From: Cyclobacteriaceae bacterium
GTDB lineage: Bacteria; Bacteroidota; Bacteroidia; Cytophagales; Cyclobacteriaceae
Length of the DNA: 64,000 nucleotides
Direction of reading: 5' to 3'
NCBI GenBank assembly: GCA_049115695.1
Contig: JAGDZR010000007.1
Location: forward strand, 27,895 to 91,894
The position numbers were made by a program, and so were the translations under genes. The notes under the pieces are model-generated. The model was not told where the DNA came from. It saw only the letters and a program-made list of their open reading frames with translations, and ran no database searches. Shown here in pieces: positions 17,915 through 28,007 of this stretch (its first letter is position 1; each line of letters opens with the position of its first letter).

Positions 17915-18480
17915 ACTGTCCGTTCTTCAGACCAAAAACCATATAGCCAATTACCAGGAGCCAGCGGATCATCGCTGCAGAAAAACTCATTAATAGCACT
18001 GAAAAGCTCATCTCTACTCAATAAATCATCCTGGTTCAGGTCTAATCTGATATAACTTTTCGCAGAATATCGCACTTCAATGCGATAGGCCATGAATAAA
18101 TCTATGTATTCGTCGAGCGAAATGTATCCATCTCCATTGGCATCAAAGCAGTCGAAAATCTCCCGCATCTGCATGCCTATGTATTTGTCAAAAAACTCTT
18201 CCGAACCATTTACAATATGCTTGTCTGCAAAGTCCAACCACTCATCTAATGTTGCATGATCCGGATCGCTATGATCTACCAGGTTTCTAAAATCAATCCA
18301 TGACTGACCAAACACATACATGTAGTGATTGTATTTTTCTGTACCCTCCTTAAATCTCCAAAGCACACAGAGGTTCTCAGCAATCGCAGTAAAATCCTCT
18401 TTCTCGATTGTGCCATTATTATCGTAATCGAGCAGATTGAAATAATGGGTTAATTTTTCTTTTAATAATGGAGTTAGCAT
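17911..18480 (-). CDS. EF-hand calcium-binding protein (SCP/calerythrin-like)
   Basis: 189 aa with canonical loops DYDNNGTIEKED and DANGDGYISLDE, and a weaker DLNQDDLLSRDE. No signal peptide. Confidence 0.85.
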   Translation of the reverse strand: MLTPLLKEKLTHYFNLLDYDNNGTIEKEDFTAIAENLCVLWRFKEGTEKYNHYMYVFGQSWIDFRNLVDHSDPDHATLDEWLDFADKHIVNGSEEFFDKYIGMQMREIFDCFDANGDGYISLDEYIDLFMAYRIEVRYSAKSYIRLDLNQDDLLSRDELFSAINEFFCSDDPLAPGNWLYGFWSEERTV

Positions 18481-18551
18481 GTGTTAAGTCAAAGTGAATT
18501 CAAACAAAACTAATTAAAATGTACAAACCGCCATAAGTCGGCTCAAACTAC

Positions 18552-19274
18552 TCAATCCTGCTGGCTAAAAACCTTTTTCAGTAACTCTGTAGCACGCGCA
18601 GCTGGATTGTCTCGAATGTTTTTTTCTTCCTCCTGGATCAATACGAACAAGCCCGCAATCGCCTGATCAGTGGCATAATCGTTAAGATTGGGGTTTACTT
18701 TCTGAACAAAGGGAATTTTATTATATGTGTTGACAATGTCGCCATAATACTTAGTTGCACTTGTTTTATCTAGTGCTCGTTGAACTACAGGTTTAAACTT
18801 TGCTTTCAACTCCGCTGTTGTCGACTTCTTCAAATATCGAGTAGCAGCATCATCCTCTCCTTTCAATATGTCCCAGGCATCCTGAATGGTCATTGACTTA
18901 ATTGCTGCGACGAAAATAGGCTTGGCTTCATTGGCTGCCTCTTCTGCCCCTCGATTAAGGGTAACAACAAACTTATCCACCTCATTTCCCAATCCAATTT
19001 CTCTGAGCTTGTCTTCTACTTTTTTCACTTCCGGCGGAAAAGGGATTTTTATTGCAGGATTTTTCAGGTATCCATCTAGTCGAGACGCCTGTGTACTCCC
19101 CTTACTTGTTCCTTGCACCAATGCCTCCTTCAATCCATCTGCTACCTGTGCAGCAGTCAATTGATCCGTCTCCAGGACATCCTTGGCCATTTTTTGAGCC
19201 TGTTGAATTTGTGCAGCGGTACAACCCATTAGGGTCACAACTGCCACCCAAATCAAATATTTAAACTTTAACAT
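18552..19274 (-). CDS. DUF4197 family lipoprotein
   Basis: 240 aa with lipobox VVTLMGC. Family-like pattern: GLKEAL...NPAIKIPFP...LNRGAEEA...IKSMTIQDAWDILKG...AATRYL. Confidence 0.75.
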   Translation of the reverse strand: MLKFKYLIWVAVVTLMGCTAAQIQQAQKMAKDVLETDQLTAAQVADGLKEALVQGTSKGSTQASRLDGYLKNPAIKIPFPPEVKKVEDKLREIGLGNEVDKFVVTLNRGAEEAANEAKPIFVAAIKSMTIQDAWDILKGEDDAATRYLKKSTTAELKAKFKPVVQRALDKTSATKYYGDIVNTYNKIPFVQKVNPNLNDYATDQAIAGLFVLIQEEEKNIRDNPAARATELLKKVFSQQD

Positions 19275-19342
19275 ATGATATCTGTCTTGAATGAATAAAG
19301 CTAGTTCATTATAGGATAATTTTATCCTTTCATACTACACGA

Positions 19343-20590
19343 ATGACAGTAAAAGCAGAAATCATCGCAATTGGAGATGAATTACTCTATGGCCAAACGC
19401 TCGACACCAATTCTCACTGGATCAGTGGCGCGCTGGATGCTATTAATATAAAGGTCTACCAAAAATCAACCATTGGAGATAACAGGGATCAAATTCTTAA
19501 AAGTTTCGAGGAAGCCAAACAGCGAGCGGACATTGTTTTAATAACTGGTGGACTAGGACCTACTAAGGATGATTTAACTAAACCTTTGCTGGCGGAATAT
19601 TTTGGTGTAGGTCTCAAACGGAATGATGAGGCGCTACAGGAGTTAACTGATCTATTCTTTAGAACAGGTAGAGAATTGTCAGACCTCAACAAGGCACAGG
19701 CAGATTTGCCTACTAACTGTACCAAGATCACAAATGAAATGGGTACAGCTGCGGGTATGTGGTTTGAAGAAGATGAAACGGTGTTTATTTCAATGCCTGG
19801 TGTGCCATATGAAATGAAACACATGATGGAGCATTACATCATCCCAATGCTGAAGGACAAGTTCACCAAAGGTGAATTGATACACAAAATCATTAAAACG
19901 ATTGGGATTGGCGAATCTGATCTCGCTATCAAAATAGAAAAGTGGGAGGACACTTTGCCTGACCATATCAAACTGGCCTATCTACCCACAATGGGGCAAG
20001 TAAAACTAAGACTCACAGCAACTGGCGGTAACGCAAAGCAATTGGAACAAGACACTGATGCTCTGATTGAAGCGGTCATGCCCATCATCCAGCCTTATGT
20101 CTATGGTTATGGCGATGACGAGATCGAAAGTGTTGTGGGTAACATGCTAAAAACAGCAAACAAAACCATTGCTACAGCGGAAAGCTGTACTGGTGGATAT
20201 GTGGCACATTTATTAACCAGCATTCCGGGAAGTTCGGCCTATTTTAAAGGATCCATTGTGAGCTACTCCAATGATGTCAAGGTCGATCAGCTCAATGTAC
20301 CCAATGAAGATTTGGAAAACTACGGTGCGGTAAGTGAGGAAGTGGTGAAGGCAATGGCTAAAAACGTGAGGCTGAAACTTGGCAGTGATGTTGGATTGGC
20401 TACCACGGGAATTGCAGGGCCAGATGGAGGTACTGACGAAAAGCCAGTCGGCACAGTTTGGATTGCCTATGCAGATGCAACGCAGGTAATTGCTAAAAAA
20501 ATGAACTTTTCTAAGAGAAGAAAGTATAATATTCATTGGAGTGCACTGGCTGTATTGAATCTATTTAGACAGAATTTTAATAACAGATAA
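19343..20590 (+). CDS. cinA: CinA family protein (MoCF-binding domain plus nicotinamide-nucleotide amidohydrolase PncC domain)
   Basis: 415 aa. AEIIAIGDELLYGQTLDTNS...ITGGLGPTKDDLT at the N-terminus and TAESCTGG...GIAGPDGG in the C-terminal domain. Confidence 0.92.
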   Translation: MTVKAEIIAIGDELLYGQTLDTNSHWISGALDAINIKVYQKSTIGDNRDQILKSFEEAKQRADIVLITGGLGPTKDDLTKPLLAEYFGVGLKRNDEALQELTDLFFRTGRELSDLNKAQADLPTNCTKITNEMGTAAGMWFEEDETVFISMPGVPYEMKHMMEHYIIPMLKDKFTKGELIHKIIKTIGIGESDLAIKIEKWEDTLPDHIKLAYLPTMGQVKLRLTATGGNAKQLEQDTDALIEAVMPIIQPYVYGYGDDEIESVVGNMLKTANKTIATAESCTGGYVAHLLTSIPGSSAYFKGSIVSYSNDVKVDQLNVPNEDLENYGAVSEEVVKAMAKNVRLKLGSDVGLATTGIAGPDGGTDEKPVGTVWIAYADATQVIAKKMNFSKRRKYNIHWSALAVLNLFRQNFNNR

Positions 20591-20642
20591 CAAAATATTA
20601 TATCTTTGTTAAACCCAAAATTGACATAAAAACGAATTTTAT

Positions 20643-21926
20643 ATGGCAACTGTTGAGATGACTATGCCCAAAATGGGCGAAAGCGTAATGGAAGGCACAG
20701 TGCTATCCTGGTTAAAAAAAGTTGGCGATCCTATAGAAGAAGATGAATCAGTACTCGAGGTAGCAACGGACAAGGTAGATACTGAAATACCCTCTACTCA
20801 TGCCGGAGTGCTCAAAGAAATTCTCGCACAGGAAGGTGATGTCATTCAAGTAGGCAAGGCTATTGCCATCATTGAAACAGACGGAGATGAAAGTGATGTA
20901 TCTCCTGCTACTGAAGCTGACGCTTCTTCCAAACCCGAGGCTGTTGCATCTGTTGAAGAAACGATTGCCGAGTTTAGTGCAGTATCTAGTCAAAAATCTG
21001 ACAGGTTCTATTCTCCCCTTGTTAAGAACATTGCCAAACAAGAAAGCATTTCGTTTGAAGAACTGGAAACCATTCCCGGAACTGGAAAAGACGGACGGGT
21101 AACAAAAGGAGACATGCTCAATTACCTAAAGAGCAAGAAGGGAGCTCCAGGCCCTGCAATCTCTTCTAATGGTCAGAAGCGACCTGCACCACAGCCCCAA
21201 CCTGTAAGTATTTCGGGTGAGGATGAAATCATCGAAATGGATCGAATGCGAAAAATGATCGCAGATCGAATGGTAGCTTCCAAGGCCATTAGTGCCCATG
21301 TGACTTCCTTTGTTGAAGCCGACATGACAACCGTAGTGAAATGGCGCAATCAAAAGAAAGGCATTGTAAAGGAAAGAGAAGGTCAGGCACTTACCTTCAC
21401 TCCAATCATAGTAGAGGCAGTGGCCAAGGCAATTCGGGATTACCCCATGATCAATATTCAGGTTGATGGCGACAAAATCATCCGGAAAGCCAATATCAAT
21501 ATAGGCATTGCTGTGGCGCTACCATCTGGCAACCTAATTGTACCTGTTATTCATAACGCTGATAAGCTTAACATCATGGGCTTAACGCAGAAGGTAAATG
21601 ACCTGGCACGCAGAGCTCGCAACAATCAACTCAAACCAGATGAGCTTAGTGGCGGGACTTTCACTGTTTCAAATGTTGGTTCTTTTGGTAATGTCATGGG
21701 AACACCCATCATCATGCAACCCCAAGTGGGCATTATGGCCGTTGGAGCTATTCAAAAGAAACCAGCGGTAATAGAAACACCTGAAGGCGATACCATTGGC
21801 ATTCGACATAAAATGTTCCTGTCACATAGCTACGATCATCGTGTAGTTGATGGCGCTTTAGGTGGCATGGTAGTTCGTCGAGTTGCAGACTATCTCGAGC
21901 AGTTCGATATCAACCAATCCATTTAA
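20643..21926 (+). CDS. 2-oxoacid dehydrogenase E2 component (dihydrolipoamide acyltransferase)
   Basis: 427 aa. Lipoyl domain (EVATDKVDTEIPS), E3-binding domain (SPLVKNIAKQ...GTGKDGRVTKGDM) and catalytic motif HSYDHRVVDG. Confidence 0.92.
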   Translation: MATVEMTMPKMGESVMEGTVLSWLKKVGDPIEEDESVLEVATDKVDTEIPSTHAGVLKEILAQEGDVIQVGKAIAIIETDGDESDVSPATEADASSKPEAVASVEETIAEFSAVSSQKSDRFYSPLVKNIAKQESISFEELETIPGTGKDGRVTKGDMLNYLKSKKGAPGPAISSNGQKRPAPQPQPVSISGEDEIIEMDRMRKMIADRMVASKAISAHVTSFVEADMTTVVKWRNQKKGIVKEREGQALTFTPIIVEAVAKAIRDYPMINIQVDGDKIIRKANINIGIAVALPSGNLIVPVIHNADKLNIMGLTQKVNDLARRARNNQLKPDELSGGTFTVSNVGSFGNVMGTPIIMQPQVGIMAVGAIQKKPAVIETPEGDTIGIRHKMFLSHSYDHRVVDGALGGMVVRRVADYLEQFDINQSI

Positions 21927-21927
21927 T

Positions 21928-22800
21928 TTGGGTCACGATCAGCATCATAGCACCAAAAACATAAAAGCAGCGTTTTTTCTAAACCTGCTTTTTTCAATTA
22001 TTGAGATCATAGGAGGTGTGCTAACCAATAGTGTGGCGATCGTATCAGATGCCATCCACGATCTGGGTGATAGCATTAGTCTAGGCATTGCATGGTATTT
22101 CCAAAAAGTAGCGGGAAAAGAAAAAACAGCGTCCTACTCATTCGGCTTTAAACGATTCTCAGTACTCGGAGCTATTATCAACTCAGTTGTGCTGACTGCA
22201 GGTAGTGTTTTCATATTAATTGAGGCCTCCAAACGACTCATCGACCCGGTGATGCCGGATGCTGCCGGTATGATCTGGTTATCGATATTAGGGTTGTTGG
22301 TCAATGGCATTGCAGCTTATCGACTTAGTCATGGTCACTCCATCAATGAAAAAGCTGTTTACTTGCATTTACTTGAAGATGTACTCGGGTGGACGGCAAC
22401 ACTGATAGTCTCGATAGTCCTGATGTTTTGGGACCTCCCAATCTTGGATCCCATCCTGTCTATTTCGGTTAGTGCGTTCATCCTCTGGAACGTGGTGAAA
22501 AACGTCAGAAAAAGCATTGACATCATTCTGCAAGGCACACCGGACGATATTGACATTGAAGAACTCCACCAAAGCATCAAAAAGATACCTGAAATTAAGG
22601 ATGTCCATGATTGTCATTTATGGACAATGGACGGTGACTATCATGTGCTTTCCTTCCATGCAGTCATTGCTGATAATAGCAGTTTTGAAAATCTCTCAGT
22701 CCTGAAGTCGAAAACCAGAGAAGTAATCCACTCAAAATTCAAAATAGACCATATCACTATTGAATTTGAAGCCGAATCTGAGGAGTGTCAACCATGCTAG
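21928..22800 (+). CDS. cation diffusion facilitator (CzcD/ZitB-type) transporter
   Basis: Six TM helices, metal-site motifs AIVSDAIHDLGDS and HLLEDVLG, and a C-terminal cytoplasmic domain. The in-frame TTG at 21928 directly follows the E2 stop, whereas the track ATG at 21883 would overlap E2 by 44 nt. The start is uncertain. Confidence 0.85.
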   Translation: MGHDQHHSTKNIKAAFFLNLLFSIIEIIGGVLTNSVAIVSDAIHDLGDSISLGIAWYFQKVAGKEKTASYSFGFKRFSVLGAIINSVVLTAGSVFILIEASKRLIDPVMPDAAGMIWLSILGLLVNGIAAYRLSHGHSINEKAVYLHLLEDVLGWTATLIVSIVLMFWDLPILDPILSISVSAFILWNVVKNVRKSIDIILQGTPDDIDIEELHQSIKKIPEIKDVHDCHLWTMDGDYHVLSFHAVIADNSSFENLSVLKSKTREVIHSKFKIDHITIEFEAESEECQPC

Positions 22801-22801
22801 C

Positions 22802-23341
22802 ATGAAAATCCTGAAACAGGCAAACGACTATCAATATGTCATCAGGCCATATTTCAAACATGAATACCTTGATCCAATTGCAAAATATGTCAGCTGGAAA
22901 TTAGCGAATAATTGGGACGATTATAATGAATTGCACCACGCTTGCCGCCTCGTTCATGCATATGATAACAATGACAACATCAAAGTCGACGTTCATAACA
23001 TTTTAAAAGAGGATGAGATCATTGGACTTGTTTTGATGGCGTCCGGTCACATTGACAAAGTTGAAACCAGGTATGCAATTGAAAATCCGAAGAAATCATT
23101 ATTGCTTAAGTATTTTCATATTACAGAGAAAGGCAGTGGGCTTGGCACCTATTGGCTGCAAGAAGAGCTCATCCCTTACTATGCATCGATGGGCTTCCGA
23201 CACATATACATCAACTCTTCCCACCCATTGTCGTTCCCCTTCTATTTGAAGTTTGGGAATCAAATCTCAACTTATGACCAGCAAAGCGACAACAACCTAT
23301 TTCGGCGCAAAGGTGCTTGCTTTAAAATCAATATCGGCTAG
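22802..23341 (+). CDS. GNAT-like acetyltransferase (weak)
   Basis: 179 aa from the ATG at 22802, 1 nt after the CDF stop. Has a motif-A-like segment, FHITEKGSGLGTYWLQEELIPYYASMGF. Confidence 0.45.
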   Translation: MKILKQANDYQYVIRPYFKHEYLDPIAKYVSWKLANNWDDYNELHHACRLVHAYDNNDNIKVDVHNILKEDEIIGLVLMASGHIDKVETRYAIENPKKSLLLKYFHITEKGSGLGTYWLQEELIPYYASMGFRHIYINSSHPLSFPFYLKFGNQISTYDQQSDNNLFRRKGACFKINIG

Positions 23342-25512
23342 TCTTTCACTATGAAATATGCTTGTTGACTAAAGGGGTTTCCTGACGCATCAATCCCCTC
23401 CACACGCAGCTCAAATTTCCCCAATAGAGAAGAAGTATTAAAACTGATGGTCACTTCACCGTCAATAGAGGACATCATAGGTTCCCACAAGATAGTTGAT
23501 CGATAATCAGGAAGTCTGCTGTTCGAGCGTCTAATCTTCCTCATTCCTGCAGTTTGAACTCCTACAAAACTATGTTGCTTGTAGGACGTGATCACGGACG
23601 AATACGCGTCATCATACGATTCAAAATATACAACACCTGCCATCAACGCATTCCCAAAAAAGAACTTTTGATTGATCACGAATATGCATGAGATATCTAG
23701 TGGAGAGAGAGCCAATACTTCCTCTCCGGTTACTGGCAAACCATCTAGTAAAATAAGCGTCGGCAAATTAGCACTGGAAACCACCCCGGTCTGTTTATCC
23801 CTTATTTGAAAATCGTAGTTATTTAAATTCTTACTCAAGCCTACTTCCGGAATGTACTCTATGAATACATCTCTAAGCGTAGGGAACTGTGTAAAGTCCG
23901 CAAGACAATATTTTCGATAATTTTCAAATTGCTCAATCCAAGGTGTTGAGATCGAATCTGCCAATTGGTGGACATTATGATACCCATTTTCAATCTGGTT
24001 CGCTATGCTTCTTTTCGTGACCGCACGCAACCGGCTTGAATCTATCAAAATCGTCTTGTTCCCATCGTCAGGATACGTTGTATAAAATTCATCATAAAGC
24101 TCAATCTCATAATCACTGTCCTCAAAAAGAACATCTACATAACCAAATGTGTCAAATTCTGGAGGAATTATTCCGTGTCTAAAAAGGCCTCTTTCATTGG
24201 TTTTGGCAATTTTGACCTGAGCATTTTCTCCCGGAAATGATAATGCTACATGGAGATCTTTGACTTCTTCTCCTTGAACAATGCCTTCAATAATGTCAAG
24301 ATTCGACTCAGGTAAATATTTGATAACATCAGTCTTCTCCTGGAATTGAACAGCGTTGACAGTTGAAATCAGTAAGTTGTCAATTTGAGCATCATTTAGC
24401 TCTCCAAGTCGCAATTCGCCAAGATCTAAGTACTTTGATAGACTGGTTGATCCAATAAAGTGTCCCTGATCTACATACGGACTGTGACTGGATATGGAAA
24501 CAGAGAAGTTTGAATTTGGAGGCACATTCAATGTATAGTCAACAATGCTATTTGACTTTAGACTTTCAATAGAAGATGATGCTGTTAATCGACCTGAAGC
24601 TAGATAAAATAGCCGCTCCACACTTTGAGTTGCGGATTTCCAGATAACTCTATTTACTCCAGTTGCGATATTCTCATTGTCTACCTTCAATTTACTACCA
24701 ATCCCAACTTCCCCAACAGACACAACATCATCATCATTTTCAATGAGCAAACTCCCATTCTCATCTATTCCGTATCCATTGATCATCACTTCATGGTAGC
24801 CTGCTTTTTTAGAAATCTCGATAGAAGCACATTTCTGACAAGCCTCAGGCAATGGAAAAAACTTGAATCCATCAGCCGTTTCTCCAACGAACTGATACTT
24901 CATGTCATTTTTAGGCATGAATACTGCTTTGGCCATGTTCAAGTCATCTAAAACTACGGTCTCTATCTCATTATTTTCTTCATCGATTAATCGCACTTTG
25001 TTGCTCTTGAACAAATCATTCGCCTTGATCACAATTTGATTTAATTGACCGGGTCGCAATGCACCTCCTTCGGGATAAATGCTCAGCCCAGGTATAGCAT
25101 CTCCACTCCCTGGCTTCCATTTCTCATATGGATTTATCACAGTTAGATTAACCTGTGAATATGACTGGAAGTTTTTCATCCATCTTGTATATGCTGTCAA
25201 ACGATAACGATCTGTACTTAAGGTTGATGGCAAAAACATTTGACCATGACCTCTACCCGCTTCCAATGCCAGCTTAGACTTGATGACCGCATTGCCTTTC
25301 GCATTAACCAACTCAACGTAGAGGTATTTACTCAATCCTGATAGCTGCCCTGAATTTGAGTTCGTCACAAAGGCTGAAAAACTAACCTCCTCTCCTACAA
25401 TTAAATCAGCACTATTCACATGCAGCAGCACACTCTCCCGCTGCTGTTCCAGTGATTGCGCAAAGGACACGGTTAAAGAAAAAGAAAACAACAGAAATAA
25501 TAAGTGCTTCAT
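23338..25512 (-). CDS. large secreted protein with MG2 (alpha-2-macroglobulin)-like N-terminal domain
   Basis: ATG at 25512 gives MKHLLFLLFSFSLTVSFAQ (signal peptide). Then LLHVNSADLIVGEEVSFSAF...RYRLTAYTRWMKNF, with an Ig-like C-terminus TILWEPMMSSIDGEVTISF...ELRVEGIDASGNP. Confidence 0.65.
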   Translation of the reverse strand: MKHLLFLLFSFSLTVSFAQSLEQQRESVLLHVNSADLIVGEEVSFSAFVTNSNSGQLSGLSKYLYVELVNAKGNAVIKSKLALEAGRGHGQMFLPSTLSTDRYRLTAYTRWMKNFQSYSQVNLTVINPYEKWKPGSGDAIPGLSIYPEGGALRPGQLNQIVIKANDLFKSNKVRLIDEENNEIETVVLDDLNMAKAVFMPKNDMKYQFVGETADGFKFFPLPEACQKCASIEISKKAGYHEVMINGYGIDENGSLLIENDDDVVSVGEVGIGSKLKVDNENIATGVNRVIWKSATQSVERLFYLASGRLTASSSIESLKSNSIVDYTLNVPPNSNFSVSISSHSPYVDQGHFIGSTSLSKYLDLGELRLGELNDAQIDNLLISTVNAVQFQEKTDVIKYLPESNLDIIEGIVQGEEVKDLHVALSFPGENAQVKIAKTNERGLFRHGIIPPEFDTFGYVDVLFEDSDYEIELYDEFYTTYPDDGNKTILIDSSRLRAVTKRSIANQIENGYHNVHQLADSISTPWIEQFENYRKYCLADFTQFPTLRDVFIEYIPEVGLSKNLNNYDFQIRDKQTGVVSSANLPTLILLDGLPVTGEEVLALSPLDISCIFVINQKFFFGNALMAGVVYFESYDDAYSSVITSYKQHSFVGVQTAGMRKIRRSNSRLPDYRSTILWEPMMSSIDGEVTISFNTSSLLGKFELRVEGIDASGNPFSQQAYFIVKD

Positions 25513-25514
25513 CG

Positions 25515-26765
25515 TCAATCCCAATATGAAGGTTTTTGAATATTACCATGCACCGTGCACTCACTACATGAGCGATGGGCGATCGTTGCAAGTTGACCTT
25601 GCCCCCCTTCCCAAATTTTGAATGGATTCGGACCCGGCGGAGCGACACCATCACCGATGAGTTCAACTATTCTCCAATCTTTACCCTGAAATGAAACGCC
25701 AAGCACATACTCATGCTTTAATATCCATGGAAGATCAGACACCAGAACGGTGAAAACTTCTGGCATTCGAGTCTCTATATTCACCTTACAAGAAATACCA
25801 TCTGGGATTAAAGTAGAGTTGCCAAAAAGCTCCAAAGGATCAAACAATCTAACAATTTCGGAAACGGTGGACACTTCAAATACGCCTTGAATGACAAGGT
25901 TTTCATTGTTAATCACTTCAAGATTACCAAAAACCGTCCCCTTTTGGGCCTCAAAAAAGCTGCCAGTAGTATAGCTTGTCTTGATTAATGCATCGTAGTA
26001 TTGGTAAAGTTCCGCTGATATTACATACTGTTTTACTTTAACCGAATACCTTCCTGACAGATCTGTACTATTCTCCTCAACAAAACTCAAGGGTAGCTGC
26101 TCGACAGCATTTGCCGAAAGTCCCTCAGTCGTGGCAATCAAAAACTCATCCGACAATCGTGACCGGTAACAAATATCTACTGCAATTTCTCGTGGCACTG
26201 GCATACCCAAATCACTGGACCACTCATAATTGGAAGGCAATGGAACAGCGACCTCATAGTCTTCGACGTATTCATATCTGGCACTAAAGGATCGATTGGA
26301 GTGATCATAACTGTCTAGGTAAAACTCAAATCCAGATTTTTGCACACCATCCTGCAAGTGATTTGCCACTCGCTTAAAATAAATGCTATCCACTTCCTGA
26401 ATGGGTAGCATTTCTTGTTGTTTTGATACGATCTCGGTTCCATCTGACAATTGAATAAACAATTGATAATGCTCGCCAATTACCCCTTGAATTGTATCTG
26501 TTCGATAGTGACCAGGCTCCCTTTCCTGAAATATGATTTCCGTTCCACCGCTATCTACCGCTTTGATTTCTGCACCCTGAACTGGGTCAAAGTAGGAAGT
26601 ATCGCCCTGAGGGATATTTGACAGCTTAATCAAATGCGATGTGTTTTCATTCGTGAGTTGCCCGTCAATAACGATAGCATCAGCTGTCCCTTCTACTTCA
26701 AACTCATAGGGTTCTATGCAGCTCATAAAAATCAAAATGGGCAATATGTATCCAATACATTTCAT
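25515..26765 (-). CDS. DUF4249-like lipoprotein, copy 2
   Basis: 416 aa with lipobox LIFMSC followed by IEPY. Collinear with the upstream paralogue along its whole length. Confidence 0.7.
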   Translation of the reverse strand: MKCIGYILPILIFMSCIEPYEFEVEGTADAIVIDGQLTNENTSHLIKLSNIPQGDTSYFDPVQGAEIKAVDSGGTEIIFQEREPGHYRTDTIQGVIGEHYQLFIQLSDGTEIVSKQQEMLPIQEVDSIYFKRVANHLQDGVQKSGFEFYLDSYDHSNRSFSARYEYVEDYEVAVPLPSNYEWSSDLGMPVPREIAVDICYRSRLSDEFLIATTEGLSANAVEQLPLSFVEENSTDLSGRYSVKVKQYVISAELYQYYDALIKTSYTTGSFFEAQKGTVFGNLEVINNENLVIQGVFEVSTVSEIVRLFDPLELFGNSTLIPDGISCKVNIETRMPEVFTVLVSDLPWILKHEYVLGVSFQGKDWRIVELIGDGVAPPGPNPFKIWEGGQGQLATIAHRSCSECTVHGNIQKPSYWD

Positions 26766-28006
26766 TAATCAACTCTCCAGAAATCAGGCCTATCGATCAA
26801 ACCATAGTAGGTGCAGTCACTGCACGTCCGATTTGCAATGATTACAAGTGCTCCCGTACCCCCAGACCAAGCCAGGCCGGGAGGTGCTTGCCCAAAACCC
26901 GCATGTTGAACAATTCTCCAATACGCACCTGTGAACGACACAAAAGGTATACCCTCTATTTTGAGAATCCTCCCTACTTCGGACGCCAAAACTGTATACG
27001 TGACAGGATTTCCAAATTCATCTGCCAGACACGCTGTACCAATCGGAATATCTTCGTTATTTTCGAATAATTCAACTGCATCAAATTGCCGGTCCTGCCG
27101 TTTCATCGTTGACACTTCAAAAAAGCCCTGAACAATAACATCATCGTCTCCTTCCACATGCACATTGCCAATCACACTTCCCTTCTGCGTATCGAATAAT
27201 GATCCTGCTGACGTGTTATTCTTTGATAAGACCCGGTAGTATTCGTATGCCTCATTGGTTATCGCGTATTGTTTGACAGATAAGTAAAATGCACTTGACA
27301 GCTCCGGTCCCAATTGACTCTTGAATCGTAATGGAAATTCTGTCAATTGAGGGTTGCCAAGGCCACTGGTTGTGCCTATCAAGTATTCATTCGACCTATC
27401 CTTCCTGAAGCAGGTAGCCACCAGCGTATCTCTAGGAACAACAATACTGTCTTCATAATCGAAAATGTATTCAGAAGGGAGTGGGACGTTGATCTGAAAG
27501 GACTCTTGAAATTCGTAGCGTACATTGAAATTTTGTTTCTCCGGATCATGTGCACTTACAAAAAACTGAAAACCCGCTTCATCTAAATTGGAATTGGTTG
27601 AAGGCAAAATTTTCGGTAAAGCATACAGCGAGTCAATCTCGAGTTCTGAAGGCATTGCAATTGTGCTTGATTTCATTATTGTTCCATCGGTCAGCTCCAC
27701 TATAAGTTGATAAACCTGCCCAGGCACACCCGCGACATTTTCCACCGGTTCGTAATACCCAGGATTTGTTTCTACGAATACAATAGAAATTGTCTCCCCC
27801 TCTACTATCACTTTGGCGCCTGAAATAGGTGCCGGTGATGCTTCACTAAGCGCGTATGTATTTGTTAACCTAACATAATGTCCGTCGGCTGCATTCGTGA
27901 ACAATCCATCCACTGCGACAGCTTTCACACTCAATTCACTATTGATGGCATATGGCTCAATACACCCACCAAAACACAAACTCAATATGAACCAATATTT
28001 GCTCAT
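26765..28006 (-). CDS. DUF4249-like lipoprotein, copy 1
   Basis: 413 aa with lipobox CFGGC followed by IEPY. Sits directly downstream of a TonB-dependent receptor, as is typical for this family. Confidence 0.7.
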   Translation of the reverse strand: MSKYWFILSLCFGGCIEPYAINSELSVKAVAVDGLFTNAADGHYVRLTNTYALSEASPAPISGAKVIVEGETISIVFVETNPGYYEPVENVAGVPGQVYQLIVELTDGTIMKSSTIAMPSELEIDSLYALPKILPSTNSNLDEAGFQFFVSAHDPEKQNFNVRYEFQESFQINVPLPSEYIFDYEDSIVVPRDTLVATCFRKDRSNEYLIGTTSGLGNPQLTEFPLRFKSQLGPELSSAFYLSVKQYAITNEAYEYYRVLSKNNTSAGSLFDTQKGSVIGNVHVEGDDDVIVQGFFEVSTMKRQDRQFDAVELFENNEDIPIGTACLADEFGNPVTYTVLASEVGRILKIEGIPFVSFTGAYWRIVQHAGFGQAPPGLAWSGGTGALVIIANRTCSDCTYYGLIDRPDFWRVD

Positions 28007-28007
28007 G

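Noticed and set aside
21883-21927. N-terminal extension of the CDF transporter from the track ATG, overlapping the E2 gene by 44 nt.
   Set aside because: The extension (MQTISSSSISTNPFN) is low complexity. An in-frame TTG immediately after the E2 stop gives a typical His-rich CDF N-terminus.
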